Assembly: GCA_036267775.1 (NCBI GenBank)
Contig: DATAVM010000195.1
Coordinates: 1-62,441, forward strand
DNA: 62,441 nt
DNA from: Gemmatimonadales bacterium
Lineage (GTDB): Bacteria; Gemmatimonadota; Gemmatimonadetes; Gemmatimonadales; GWC2-71-9
Direction: 5' to 3'
In this document: piece after piece, positions 29,673 to 39,287 of the stretch
How positions within the stretch are numbered: position 1 is the first letter of the stretch
How the letters are laid out: every line of letters starts with the position of its first letter
Position numbers and translations under genes: made by a program
Notes under the pieces: generated by a model
The model's database searches: none
Told to the model about the DNA's origin: nothing
Seen by the model: only the letters and a program-made list of their open reading frames with translations

Positions 29673-31085
29673 GTGAGTGAACCAGCGGCGACCTGTACCG
29701 TGCTCTGTGTGGACAACGACCCGGCGGCATCGGCGTTGTACGAGCATGCGCTCATGGCACTCGGCTACGACGTGGTCCTTGCCAGCGATGGACCCGAAGC
29801 GTTGCAGATTGTTGCCTCCCGGCCGATCGACCTCATTCTTGCCGACTGCGCCACCCCGCAGATGTCCGGCCTGGAACTCATCGGCGCGCTTGAAGAGCAG
29901 GGCCATCACGTGCCGGTCGTCATCGTCGCCGGCCATTCCAGTATTGAACACGCGGTGCTCTCGATGCGGCGCGGCGCGGTGGACTATCTCACCAAGCCGG
30001 TCCGGATCCAGACGCTCGAGATCACGCTCCAGCACGCCCTCGACTTTGCCAGGCTGCGCCGGGAGAACGAGACGTTCCGGCAGGAAATCACTCGCATCCA
30101 GGTGCGCCGCAAGATGGTTGGCCGGAGCCGCATCGTGCGCGAGCTGCACGAAGCCGTGGCCACGGTAGCCGCGACGCGCGCTTCGGTGCTGGTCGAAGGC
30201 GAATCGGGGACCGGCAAGGAGCTGGTGGCGCGTGCCATTCACGACCAGAGCCCGCGGCGCGATCAGCCGTTCATCACGGTCAACTGTGCCGCTCTTCCGG
30301 AAGGGCTGGTCGAAAGCGCGCTCTTTGGTCACGAGAAGGGTGCGTTCACCGGTGCAACGGCGCGCGCTCCGGGTGCCTTCGAACGTGCCCACGGTGGAAC
30401 GTTGCTGCTCGACGAGATCTCCGAGATGCGGCTCGATCTGCAGTCCAAGCTGTTGCGGGCCATTCAGGAGCAGGAGTTCGAGCGAGTGGGCGGGCGCGAT
30501 CTGATCCGCGTCGATGTGCGCATCGTGGCGACCACCAACCGCCAGCTGCGCCAGGAGGTCGAGGCCGGGCGTTTTCGTGCCGATCTCTACTATCGCCTGC
30601 AGGTCGTACCGCTCTACACGCCGCCGCTGCGCGAGCGGCGCGAAGACATTCCGCTGCTGGTGCAACACTTCATGCAGCGCGCGTCGGAATCCGCGGGCGT
30701 CGCTCCGGCCACATTGCCGCCGGAAACAATGACGCATCTGCAGGAATACGCCTGGCCGGGCAACGTGCGCGAGCTCGCCAACGCGGTGGAACGCGCCATG
30801 ATTCTGTCCCGCGGTCGCCCGCTCACCGCCGATCTCTTTGGCCTCACCAGCCGTACGCCCACCGGTCCGGTGACGCCGGTGTTGACGCTCGACCTGCATC
30901 GTCCGGTGACGGTGCCGGTGGTGGAGCCCGAGAACAACCAGCCGATCAACCTGGCCGACCTCGAGCGGATCGCCATCCAGCGGGCCCTCACCGCCACCGG
31001 TGGCAACCGTACCCGCGCCGCGCGGCTCCTCGGTATCAGCGAACGCACCCTCCGCAACAAGCTCAACATCCCCGCCCTCAACTAG
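29673..31085 (+). CDS. sigma-54-dependent response regulator (NtrC family; FleR/FlrC-like flagellar activator)
   Basis: REC domain, then AAA+ domain ([48 protein letters not shown]), then Fis-type HTH ([20 protein letters not shown]). Confidence 0.92.
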   Translation: MSEPAATCTVLCVDNDPAASALYEHALMALGYDVVLASDGPEALQIVASRPIDLILADCATPQMSGLELIGALEEQGHHVPVVIVAGHSSIEHAVLSMRRGAVDYLTKPVRIQTLEITLQHALDFARLRRENETFRQEITRIQVRRKMVGRSRIVRELHEAVATVAATRASVLVEGESGTGKELVARAIHDQSPRRDQPFITVNCAALPEGLVESALFGHEKGAFTGATARAPGAFERAHGGTLLLDEISEMRLDLQSKLLRAIQEQEFERVGGRDLIRVDVRIVATTNRQLRQEVEAGRFRADLYYRLQVVPLYTPPLRERREDIPLLVQHFMQRASESAGVAPATLPPETMTHLQEYAWPGNVRELANAVERAMILSRGRPLTADLFGLTSRTPTGPVTPVLTLDLHRPVTVPVVEPENNQPINLADLERIAIQRALTATGGNRTRAARLLGISERTLRNKLNIPALN

Positions 31086-31168
31086 ATCGCGGCAACGACG
31101 GCTCGAAGTCGGCACTTTTTTCCGGCTCCCCAGGTTTCAGGTCTCGGGTCTTCCTGTGCGTCAATCGT

Positions 31169-31179
31169 TGTAACCCATT
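31169..31179 (+). promoter_or_regulatory. TGTAACCCATT box upstream of the flgB sigma-54 promoter
   Basis: Exact 11-mer also at 51885..51895, at nearly the same distance from the -24 element. Confidence 0.4.
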
Positions 31180-31212
31180 TATTGATAACGACTTGAGTTG
31201 CGTGTACCGCAC

Positions 31213-31228
31213 CGGTACAAGCCTTGCG
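31213..31228 (+). promoter_or_regulatory. sigma-54-type promoter of the flgB operon
   Basis: cCGGTACaagccTTGCg: GG 31214-15 and GC 31226-27 with N10 spacing. Lies inside the long TTG-31198 version of flgB, which favours the GTG 31264 start. Confidence 0.55.
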
Positions 31229-31263
31229 CTGGGGCCGTTCGAACCGTCATCTCGGGGGATGCC

Positions 31264-31554
31264 GTGGTTCCATCACTGTTCGGGGCGGGTACGCTGACGA
31301 ACGATCTGCGCGGAGCGCTCGACGAATTGAGCGCCACGCACCACACGATCGCCGACGATGTCGCCAATGCGACGTCGCGGAGCGCGAGCACCGGCTTTGC
31401 CGGGCAGCTGCAATCGTCGATGACGAAAACGGACGAGAATCTCACGCGTGACATGGCATCGCTGGCCGACACCGAGACGCGGTACGAGGCGGCCGCCAAG
31501 CTGTTGCAGAAGTCGTACGCCGACCTTCGCGCCGCGATCACCGGCAATGGTTGA
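31264..31554 (+). CDS. flgB: flagellar proximal rod protein FlgB
   Basis: GTG 31264 preceded by GGGGGA gives (M)VPSLFGAGTLTNDLRGALDELSATHHTIADDVANA..., length and motif position typical of FlgB. The ORF track starts at TTG 31198; the start is uncertain. Confidence 0.75.
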   Translation: MVPSLFGAGTLTNDLRGALDELSATHHTIADDVANATSRSASTGFAGQLQSSMTKTDENLTRDMASLADTETRYEAAAKLLQKSYADLRAAITGNG

Positions 31555-31966
31555 TCCGATCCAGATGTTCCCGCGGCCATTGCGCCAGTTGCTCGGCCCC
31601 CTCGGCACCAGTGCGACCGGGATGTCGAGGCAACAGGAGTTCATGGAAGTGATCTCCAACAACATTGCCAACGCCAACACGACCAAGGGCCCGGACGGCA
31701 AGCCGTACCAGCGCGAGATCGCCGTGGCGGGAATCGATCCAAGAACGGGCGCGCCAACCACGACAGTGGTGCACGACACTTCGCCCGATCGGCTGGTGTT
31801 GGAGCCGGGAAATCCCGACGCCGACGCGAACGGCTACGTCCACTATCCCAATGTCGATCTCGCGAACGAACAGGTGGACCTGATGATTGCGAGCCGGATG
31901 CACGAGGCCAACGCGACCGCCTTTGAGGCGGGCAAGGCCATGCTGCACAAGGCGCTGGACATTTGA
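31547..31966 (+). CDS. flgC: flagellar rod protein FlgC
   Basis: ATG 31547 (MVDPIQMFPRPL...MEVISNNIANANTTKGPDGKPYQRE...YVHYPNVDLANEQVDLMIASRMHEAN). Confidence 0.9.
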   Translation: MVDPIQMFPRPLRQLLGPLGTSATGMSRQQEFMEVISNNIANANTTKGPDGKPYQREIAVAGIDPRTGAPTTTVVHDTSPDRLVLEPGNPDADANGYVHYPNVDLANEQVDLMIASRMHEANATAFEAGKAMLHKALDI

Positions 31967-32208
31967 GCGCCATTCCTCCGATCGGGTCCAGTGCGATCCC
32001 GGCGCTGGGCGGTGTTGCCGCGACGGCGCGCCCGTCAACCGCCGCTGCCAGCAAGAGCGCGTCGCCGCTGTGGGATGTGCTGACCGATGAAGAGCGCGCG
32101 TATTTCGCGGCCGTCCAGGCGCTGGGGCCGGTGAGTTACGGTGCCAACGGCGCACCGCCGGCGAGTCCGGCCGCTCCCGTGGGCCAGCGCATCGACGTGC
32201 AGGGCTGA
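31963..32208 (+). CDS. hypothetical 81-aa protein between flgC and fliE
   Basis: TTG start in a TTGA overlap with the flgC stop. High GC3. (M)SAIPPIGSSAIPALGG...SPLWDVLTDEERAYFAAVQALGPVSYG... No family recognised. Confidence 0.5.
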   Translation: MSAIPPIGSSAIPALGGVAATARPSTAAASKSASPLWDVLTDEERAYFAAVQALGPVSYGANGAPPASPAAPVGQRIDVQG

Positions 32209-32211
32209 GCG

Positions 32212-32523
32212 TTGACCACACCGATTCGCCCCGACCTGCCCATCATCTCGCCGATCGAACGCGGCGATGGCGTGCCGCTCGATCCGACTATTGGTGCCGG
32301 CGGCGACAAGTTCGGCGATCTCCTGGGCCAGGCTCTTGGCGGTGTCGAGCAGATGCAGACGCAGAAGGACAATGTGATCGGCGCGTTCCTGCGCGGCGAG
32401 CCGGTGGAACTCCACCAGGTCATGGCCGCGGCGGAAGAGGCGTCGCTCTCGTTGCAGTTGCTGGTGGAAACGCGCAACAAGCTCACCGATGCCTATCGGA
32501 CCATCATGAACATGCAGATCTGA
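32212..32523 (+). CDS. fliE: flagellar hook-basal body protein FliE
   Basis: 103 aa. FGDLLGQALGGVEQMQ...ELHQVMAAAEEASLSLQLLVETRNKLTDAYRTIMNMQI. Confidence 0.9.
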   Translation: MTTPIRPDLPIISPIERGDGVPLDPTIGAGGDKFGDLLGQALGGVEQMQTQKDNVIGAFLRGEPVELHQVMAAAEEASLSLQLLVETRNKLTDAYRTIMNMQI

Positions 32524-32527
32524 CGCG

Positions 32528-33964
32528 ATGCGCGACGCTTTCCTTCGTCTCGATTCCAATCGCCGCTTTGCGCTGATCGCGCTGGTGGGCGGCCTGCTCA
32601 TGCTCGCCTTCGTGCTCGCGCGGCGTGCGTCGACGCCCGACTTTGTGGTGCTCTTCCGCGGTCTTGATCTGGCCGAGGTTGGCAACATCACCGATCACCT
32701 CGGCAAGGCGTCGATTCAATATCGGCTCGATGCCGGCGGTGCCGACGTGGAAGTGCCCGAAGCCGACGCGGCGCGCGCGCGTGTGCTCCTGGCCAAGGAT
32801 GGCCTTCCCGCCAACGGCCGCCCTGGGCTCGAGTTGTTCGACAAGCCCACGTGGGGCATGACCGATTTCACCGAGCACATCACCTACCGCCGTGCGCTCG
32901 AGGGCGAACTCGCTCGCACCATTGGTACGCTCCGCGGTGTGACCCGCGCACAGGTGCATCTCGCCATCCCTGAAACCACGCCACTCCGCAGTGACGAGCA
33001 TCCGGCCGAAGCGGCGGTGGTGGTCTCGCTCGCGTCGGGCGTGACGCTCTCGGCGGATCAGGTGCAGGGCATTGCGCGCCTGGTGAGTAGCAGCGTCGAG
33101 CAATTGACGCCCGACCACGTCACCGTGCTCGACGACAGCGGCCGGCCGCTCGCTGGCGCCGAGGGTGATACCGGCAGCGCCGGACTCACTGCGCACCAGC
33201 TCGATGTGCAGCAGACAATCGAGCAGCATCTGGCGACCAAGGTGGAGCAGCTGCTCGCCTCCGCCGTGGGCCCGTCCGATGCCAAGGTACAGGTCGCGGC
33301 GCGGCTCAACTTTGATCAGGTCGAGCGCAGCATCGACACGTACGATCCGCAGGGCAAGGTGCTCTCCAACGAGCAGCGCAGCTCCGGCGGCGGCAGCGAC
33401 AGTGCCGCGGCGGGGCAGGCCCAGACGATCATCAACAACACCTATCTCAACTCGCGCAAGATCGAGAAGATCATTGGCGAAGTGGGCAACGTGACGCGGC
33501 TGACCGTGTCGGTGATGATCAACAGCCACGCGCTCAAGACGGAAGGATCGGCGCAGGACGACCAGCGCGCCGCGCTCGCCACGCTGGTGCGGAACGCGAT
33601 CGGGATCGACAGCACGCGCGGCGACCAGTTGTCCGTGGTCGCGGTACCGTTCAACGATCCCGTGCCGGTCAAGGCGGCCGCCGACAAGCCGGTCGCGGTG
33701 CCGCTCATCGAGCGGGCCGCTCCGTGGGGTCTGCCGGTGACGTCGGTGCTCGCGATCGTCGTCGCCCTCGTGCTCGGCCTGCGCGTGCTCAAGACCGCGC
33801 CCGCCGCGCCGGCGCAGCTCACCGCCGGAAGCGTCGACGGTGCGGCCCCCGCCGGCGTGCAGAACGAGATTGGCACGCGGCGCTCCACGCCGTCGATCGA
33901 GCATGCCGCCGGTCCCGACGCGGCCGCGCGCGTGATTCGCGCGTGGCTGGCTGAGCCCTCGTGA
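32528..33964 (+). CDS. fliF: flagellar MS-ring protein FliF
   Basis: 478 aa. N-terminal TM, YscJ/FliF domain (LELFDKPTWGMTDFTEHITYRRALEGELARTI), C-terminal TM. Confidence 0.92.
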   Translation: MRDAFLRLDSNRRFALIALVGGLLMLAFVLARRASTPDFVVLFRGLDLAEVGNITDHLGKASIQYRLDAGGADVEVPEADAARARVLLAKDGLPANGRPGLELFDKPTWGMTDFTEHITYRRALEGELARTIGTLRGVTRAQVHLAIPETTPLRSDEHPAEAAVVVSLASGVTLSADQVQGIARLVSSSVEQLTPDHVTVLDDSGRPLAGAEGDTGSAGLTAHQLDVQQTIEQHLATKVEQLLASAVGPSDAKVQVAARLNFDQVERSIDTYDPQGKVLSNEQRSSGGGSDSAAAGQAQTIINNTYLNSRKIEKIIGEVGNVTRLTVSVMINSHALKTEGSAQDDQRAALATLVRNAIGIDSTRGDQLSVVAVPFNDPVPVKAAADKPVAVPLIERAAPWGLPVTSVLAIVVALVLGLRVLKTAPAAPAQLTAGSVDGAAPAGVQNEIGTRRSTPSIEHAAGPDAAARVIRAWLAEPS

Positions 33965-34992
33965 CCGCACTCGCATCACGCACTGGCCGCGCCGCCAGTC
34001 TCACAGGATCGCAGAAAGCCGCGATCCTGTGCATGGCACTTGGGGCAGAAGCCTCCGCGCGCATTCTGAGCAAGCTCGCACGCGAAGAGGTCGAGGCAAT
34101 TTCGCGGATCATTGCGCGCACGCCGGCCGTCCCGGCCGACGTGATCGACTCGGTGCTGCATGAATACGCCGACGTCGCTCGCGGCATGGCGTCGATGGCG
34201 CAGGGCGGCGAGGAATACGCCCGCGAAGTGCTCGAGATGGCGCTCGGCATTCCGCGCGCACAGGGCGTGCTCGAACGCATCCGCAGCGAGCCCGATGGCA
34301 CGGAGAAGAGCCCGCTCAAGCGGGCACCGCCCGATGTATTGCAGGCGGCGCTCCGCGGTGAGAATCCGCAGACGCTCGCACTGGTGCTCGCGCATCTCGA
34401 CCCCAAAGTGGCGGCGACGATGATCGCCGGCATGGACGCCGAGGTGTCGGGCGAGGTGCTGTATCGCGTGGCCAGCATGGACCGTGTGTCGCCGGAAGTG
34501 CTGCAGATGGTCGAATCGGCGATCGCGCGCGAATCGCAGCTCGCTGCTGCCGGCGACGGTCCGGCCGTGGGTGGTCCGGCGGTGGTCGCGCAGTTGTTGA
34601 ATCAGTTGCCGGTGGGCGGCGATGTGGCGCTTCTCGAAGCGGTGCGCAGCCGCCGCGCGGAACTCGCCGACACCATTCGCGATCTGATGTTCGTCTTTGA
34701 GGATCTGCGCCGGCTCGACGATCGTTCGATGCAGCGCCTCCTGCGCGATCTCGAGAGCCGTGAGCTTGCGGTCGCACTCAAGGCGGCGAGCGAGGAGCTC
34801 AAGGCGCATGTGCTCAAGAACATGTCCGAGCGCGCCGGAGCGGCCCTCAAGGAAGAGCTGGAGATGCTCGGCGCGGTCAAGGTGAAGGACGTGCAGGCGG
34901 CCCACGCGAATATCATCGCGGCGGCGCGCGGACTGCAGGACGCCGGCGAAATCACGATCGAACGGGGCGGCGATGATGACGTCATCGCCTAG
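33961..34992 (+). CDS. fliG: flagellar motor switch protein FliG
   Basis: 343 aa. GSQKAAILCMALG, FVFEDLRRLDDRSMQRLLRDL, NMSERAGAALKEELE. Confidence 0.93.
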   Translation: MTALASRTGRAASLTGSQKAAILCMALGAEASARILSKLAREEVEAISRIIARTPAVPADVIDSVLHEYADVARGMASMAQGGEEYAREVLEMALGIPRAQGVLERIRSEPDGTEKSPLKRAPPDVLQAALRGENPQTLALVLAHLDPKVAATMIAGMDAEVSGEVLYRVASMDRVSPEVLQMVESAIARESQLAAAGDGPAVGGPAVVAQLLNQLPVGGDVALLEAVRSRRAELADTIRDLMFVFEDLRRLDDRSMQRLLRDLESRELAVALKAASEELKAHVLKNMSERAGAALKEELEMLGAVKVKDVQAAHANIIAAARGLQDAGEITIERGGDDDVIA

Positions 34993-35578
34993 CGCGCCCG
35001 GTCGGCGCGCGCCTCCCGCCGTGGCCGCCTGGCACCCGCCCGATCTGGCCGTGATACCCGCGGCGGAACCGGCGGGAATGGATCCGTCGCCGGACGAGTC
35101 GGCGCGGCAGGCTGCGTGGCTCGAAGGTCATGCCGCCGCAATGGCCGAACGCGATGCGAGTGTCGCCGACGCGGGTGCCGCGCTGCAGGCCGCCCAGCGC
35201 GCACTGCGCGAGACCACGCAGCAGGTGCACAGCCGTGTCGCGTCGACGGTGTACGCACTCGCCGTGGCAATCGCACAGCATCTGATCGAGCGCGAGCTCG
35301 CGCAGGATCCATCGGTGGTGCAGCAGCTCGTGGCGCGCGCGCTGATTCTGGCACCGATGCACGGCGTGGTCACCGTGCGGGTGCATCCCGACGATCTCGC
35401 GGCACTGCACGCCCTGGGCGGATTGCCGAGCGTCAGCGATACCGGTGTCGATCTGCGGTGGACCCCGGACCAGACCCTGGTGCGCGGGAGCTGCGTGGTC
35501 GAAGGGCCCAGCACGCTGATCGACGGCCGGATCGATCGCGCGCTGCTCGACATCTACGAACGCATCAGCCATGACTGA
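34973..35578 (+). CDS. fliH: flagellar export protein FliH
   Basis: 201 aa between fliG and fliI. C-terminal FliH/NtpE-like region (VHPDDLAAL...SCVVEGPSTLIDGRIDRAL). Confidence 0.75.
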   Translation: MMTSSPSAPGRRAPPAVAAWHPPDLAVIPAAEPAGMDPSPDESARQAAWLEGHAAAMAERDASVADAGAALQAAQRALRETTQQVHSRVASTVYALAVAIAQHLIERELAQDPSVVQQLVARALILAPMHGVVTVRVHPDDLAALHALGGLPSVSDTGVDLRWTPDQTLVRGSCVVEGPSTLIDGRIDRALLDIYERISHD

Positions 35579-36914
35579 CACGACCCTCCTCGAGCCGGCG
35601 CTCGCGCGCCTCAAGCAGGTGCCGCGACTGGCGATTCTGGGGCGCGTCACGCGCGTGATCGGCCAGGTGGTCGAAGCGTCGTCGTTGCCGGTGGCGGTGG
35701 GCGAGGTGTGCCGTGTGTCCACCGCGTCGCGCAGCGTGCTCGCGCTCGTGGCGGGATTCCATGAGCGCGGCGTGATGCTGCTGCCGGTGGGAGAGCTCGA
35801 AGGGATTCATCCCGGTGCCACCGTCACACCACTCGGGCGCTCGCTGTATGTCGCGGCGGGTGATGGATTGATCGGCCGCGTGCTGGATGGCCTTGGCAAT
35901 CCACTCGACAACCTTGGTCCAGTGGGACCCACGGTATCGCGTCCGCTGCTCGGCGCTCCGCCGACACCACTCGAACGCACGCCGGTCGACACGGCATTCT
36001 GCACCGGCGTGCGCGCCATCGACGGCCTTGAAACGTTCGGCCTCGGCCAGCGCGTCGGGATCATGGCCGGCAGCGGTGTGGGCAAGAGCGTGCTGCTCGG
36101 CATGATTGCGCGCGGCGCGTCGACCGATGTCAACGTGATCGCGCTCCTCGGCGAACGCGGGCGTGAAGTGCGCGAATTCATCGAGCGCAATCTTGGCGCC
36201 GAAGGCCTGGCGCGCTCCGTCGTGGTGGTGGCGACGAGCGACCAGTCGGCCGTGCTGCGCGCGACGGGCGCACTGGTGGCGACCGCCATCGCAGAGCACT
36301 TCCGCGATCAGGGCCGCAACGTGCTGCTCCTGATGGATTCGGTCACGCGCGTGGCGATGGCGTGGCGCGAGGTGGGATTGTCGGTGGGCGAGCCGCCCAC
36401 GACCAAGGGATATCCGCCGTCGGTGTTTGTCGGATTGCCGCGGCTCCTCGAGCGCGCGGGGACGGCGGCGGTCGGCAGCATCACCGGGCTCTACACCGTG
36501 CTGGTGGAAGGCGACGATTTCAACGAACCGATCGCCGACGCTGCGCGCTCGATTCTCGACGGGCACGTCGTACTTGCGCGGCGCCTTGCATCGGCGCGCC
36601 AGTTTCCCGCGGTGGATGTGCTCGAGAGCGTGAGCCGCGTGCGCGATTCCGTGATCGACGCCGAACACCACGCCGCCGCCAACGCGCTGATCCGGCTCGA
36701 GGCCGCGTACCGCGCGCATGAGGATCTCATTGCGGTCGGCGCCTACAAGAGTGGCGCCGACCGTCTCGTCGATGCCGCGATCGCGGTGCGTCCCGAGATG
36801 CTCGCGTTTCTGACCCAGCGGCCGGATGAGATTGTCGGCTTTGCCAGCACGCGTGCGGCGGTGATCGCGCTCGCGGCCCGCGCTCGTCTGATTGAGAAAG
36901 GACCCGGCCGATGA
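35571..36914 (+). CDS. fliI: flagellum-specific ATPase FliI
   Basis: GIMAGSGVGKSVLLGMI Walker A, LLLMDSVTR Walker B; 447 aa. Confidence 0.95.
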   Translation: MTDTTLLEPALARLKQVPRLAILGRVTRVIGQVVEASSLPVAVGEVCRVSTASRSVLALVAGFHERGVMLLPVGELEGIHPGATVTPLGRSLYVAAGDGLIGRVLDGLGNPLDNLGPVGPTVSRPLLGAPPTPLERTPVDTAFCTGVRAIDGLETFGLGQRVGIMAGSGVGKSVLLGMIARGASTDVNVIALLGERGREVREFIERNLGAEGLARSVVVVATSDQSAVLRATGALVATAIAEHFRDQGRNVLLLMDSVTRVAMAWREVGLSVGEPPTTKGYPPSVFVGLPRLLERAGTAAVGSITGLYTVLVEGDDFNEPIADAARSILDGHVVLARRLASARQFPAVDVLESVSRVRDSVIDAEHHAAANALIRLEAAYRAHEDLIAVGAYKSGADRLVDAAIAVRPEMLAFLTQRPDEIVGFASTRAAVIALAARARLIEKGPGR

Positions 36915-37360
36915 AGCGATTCACCTTCCGCCTGCAGGGGCTGCTGCATCTGCGCGAGGCCATGGAGCGCATGCACGGCCGCGCGCTTGGCCACGCCGAG
37001 CAGCATGCGCACGGCAGGCGCAACGAGTCGGCGGAAAGCGATTCGCAGCTGGCCGATGTGCAGGCGCAGGCCGGCGACGATGGCGCGGTCCGCCCTGCCG
37101 GCATGTGGCACGCGTTCTCGCTCAGCGTCGAGGCCGCACGCACGCGGGCGGAAGCCGATGCCAAGGCGCTGGCCGATGCGGACGCGGCGCACGCGGCGGA
37201 ATTGCAGCGGTTTTCGGAGGCGCGGATCGCCCGGCGGGCGCTGGAGCGCCTGCGCGATATCAAGGTGAGTGAGTGGGGAGTCGACGTCGTGCGCGCCGAA
37301 CGCAATGAGATGGACGAAGTGGCCCGTCGCCGGTCCGCGCAGCAGCAGGACAGCCAATGA
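36911..37360 (+). CDS. fliJ: flagellar export protein FliJ
   Basis: 149 aa coiled-coil (MKRFTFRLQGLLHLRE...), directly after fliI. Confidence 0.75.
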   Translation: MKRFTFRLQGLLHLREAMERMHGRALGHAEQHAHGRRNESAESDSQLADVQAQAGDDGAVRPAGMWHAFSLSVEAARTRAEADAKALADADAAHAAELQRFSEARIARRALERLRDIKVSEWGVDVVRAERNEMDEVARRRSAQQQDSQ

Positions 37361-37827
37361 AGCCGATGATCGTTGGCGGCGCGGCATTTGTCATCGGACT
37401 GGCCGGGTCCACGGTGGTGTCCATGCGAGCACCAGCGGCACCGGTGCCGACGGTGGTTCCGCTCTCCACAGTGGCGCATCTGCCGGCAAACGATTCCGCG
37501 AAGGCACCGGTGCCCACCGATTCGGGGAGCACGACCGCGACTGCGCCGGCGCCCGCGGCAACGGTCGCTGCCGCGGCACCACCTGTTGCGGCGCCGTCTG
37601 CCGACAAGGCCGCTGTCCCGGACACCGCGCGCCTCGCCGCGGTCTTCCGGAAGCTGGATCCCGCCGACATCGCCCCGCTGGCCGCGCGGCTCAGCGACAG
37701 CGATCTCAAGGTCATTCTGCGTGGCGTCGATGTGACGCGCGCGGCAGCCATCATTGGTGGACTCCCCAAGGCACGCGCGCATGTGCTGAGCAAATGGCTG
37801 CTGGCGGCACCGGCAGGCACGCGATGA
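37357..37827 (+). CDS. MgtE_N-like flagellar-locus protein (ylxF position)
   Basis: N-terminal TM, Pro/Ala linker, LAAVFRKLDPADIAPLAARLSDSDLKVILRGV...AAAIIGGLP. Sits between fliJ and fliK as ylxF does in Bacillus. Confidence 0.6.
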   Translation: MKPMIVGGAAFVIGLAGSTVVSMRAPAAPVPTVVPLSTVAHLPANDSAKAPVPTDSGSTTATAPAPAATVAAAAPPVAAPSADKAAVPDTARLAAVFRKLDPADIAPLAARLSDSDLKVILRGVDVTRAAAIIGGLPKARAHVLSKWLLAAPAGTR

Positions 37828-39287
37828 TGATCCGTCCGACAGGGGCGGCGTCGCCGCATGCGGCAACACGGCTGACGCACCCACCCACCGCTGCGAACGC
37901 CGCGAGCGCATTCCTCGCGGCCTTGCAGGCGTCGGTGGCGCCCGCGGCTGCGGCTGCCGTTGCTCCGCCATCGGACGCCGCGGCCGCCGCAGCTGCCGGC
38001 GACGTGCCCGATGCCGCCGCAGCCGGCAATGCGGCGGCGACGGATACTGTGCTCCTCAGCAACGCTGCGATGCTCGCGACTGCGCCGCCAACCGACCTCA
38101 CGACGTTGCAGCGCGCCGCGGTGCATGGCGGCGGCGGTCACCACGGCCATGGCGGCAAGCTCATGCCGGTGGCCGCGGCTGGAGACGAGATCGATGCCGC
38201 GAGCGAAACGGACGATGACATCGTGCCCGCGGTCGCCGGCGTCGTCGAAGACGACACGACGAACGACTCGGGCACTGACGACGCGACGGGTGCAACGGCA
38301 ACATCAGGCGACCTTTCCGCGATCGCCGATCTCGCGGTAGCTCTGGCCACCGGCGCCACGGTACCGCGGACGCTTGCCGTGCGCGTGCCGCGGCCGCCGG
38401 CACAGGGATCCGCGAATGCCACCACGGCGGCATCCGCTGCGCTCACCCGCCCGGTCCAGCTTCCGGGCACGTCGATCGCCACGGCGAGCGGTGGGGACGC
38501 AGACGGTGTTGATAGTGCCGCGCTTGCGAATGACGGCGACAGCGATCCCGTGCTTGGCGGCAATGGTCACCCGGCGGTCTTCGACATCGCGCCGCAAGCC
38601 GCGGTGCATGTGCATGTGGCAGTGCCGGCCATGTCGTCGGCGCAGCAGGGTCCTGGCGATCAGTCGTCGGGCGGCGCGCCGGGCAGTGGCAAGCATCACG
38701 ACGCTGCAGATGCGTCTGTTGCGCCGACATCGCGCGGCACACCGCCGACGGCGCCAGGCGCGGTTGCCCCGCAGGCGCTCGCGGCCACTGTGGCTCCGCC
38801 CGTGCTTGCCCGCGTGGTCGGCGGCAGTGCCGCTCCCGCAGAAGCGGCGTATGTGCCGCGCAGCGCAGACGTACCGGTGCCGCAACCGTCCAGTGCGCAT
38901 GTGACGGTGGACCTCGACGGCCAGATCGCCGGTGCCTCGCGTATCCGCGTGGCGGTGCAGGGATCTGCCGTGCAGGCCACGATCATCGCCACCGATGGCG
39001 CGAGTGCCGCGCTCGATCGCGCACTTCCCGCACTCCGGCAGGCGCTGGAAGATCGCGGCTTCTCGGATGTCAAGGTCGCGGTGCGCGTGCAGGAATCCGC
39101 CACGCCCGCAACGATCAGCACCACGGCGGCGCCGGCCGTTGGTGAGACCGCGAACACCAACGCGGGTGCCGCGCGGCGGGAGCAGGCCGGCGACCCGCGT
39201 CAGCAGCCGCGTACTTCCCAGGACGATCAACCCTTCAATCGGGACCCGCGCGGTCGGCGGCGCCCATCGCAGGAGCGTGACGCATGA
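37824..39287 (+). CDS. fliK: flagellar hook-length control protein FliK
   Basis: ORF 37269.. trimmed to ATG 37824 (ATGA overlap). Ala/Pro-rich ruler region. C-terminal Flg_hook-like domain (HVTVDLDGQIAGASRIRVAVQGSAVQATIIA...LRQALEDRGF). Confidence 0.8.
   Translation: MMIRPTGAASPHAATRLTHPPTAANAASAFLAALQASVAPAAAAAVAPPSDAAAAAAAGDVPDAAAAGNAAATDTVLLSNAAMLATAPPTDLTTLQRAAVHGGGGHHGHGGKLMPVAAAGDEIDAASETDDDIVPAVAGVVEDDTTNDSGTDDATGATATSGDLSAIADLAVALATGATVPRTLAVRVPRPPAQGSANATTAASAALTRPVQLPGTSIATASGGDADGVDSAALANDGDSDPVLGGNGHPAVFDIAPQAAVHVHVAVPAMSSAQQGPGDQSSGGAPGSGKHHDAADASVAPTSRGTPPTAPGAVAPQALAATVAPPVLARVVGGSAAPAEAAYVPRSADVPVPQPSSAHVTVDLDGQIAGASRIRVAVQGSAVQATIIATDGASAALDRALPALRQALEDRGFSDVKVAVRVQESATPATISTTAAPAVGETANTNAGAARREQAGDPRQQPRTSQDDQPFNRDPRGRRRPSQERDA

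Noticed and set aside
29565-31115. N-terminal 516 codons of the 813-aa ORF that ends as flgL
   Set aside because: This part is antisense to the well-supported sigma-54 activator gene. The FlgL homology begins at MRITDSMVYSQS (ATG 29564), and a FliA-type promoter lies at 29599..29627.
31111-31125. GGCACttttttCCGG as a possible sigma-54 promoter for flgB
   Set aside because: The -12 position lacks the GC dinucleotide at the required spacing (it reads TCCG). The site at 31213..31228 fits much better.
31181-31190. TTGATAACG upstream of flgB as a FliA-type -10
   Set aside because: It lacks the CCGATAA core and the GCTCA-N17 partner seen at the four convincing sites.
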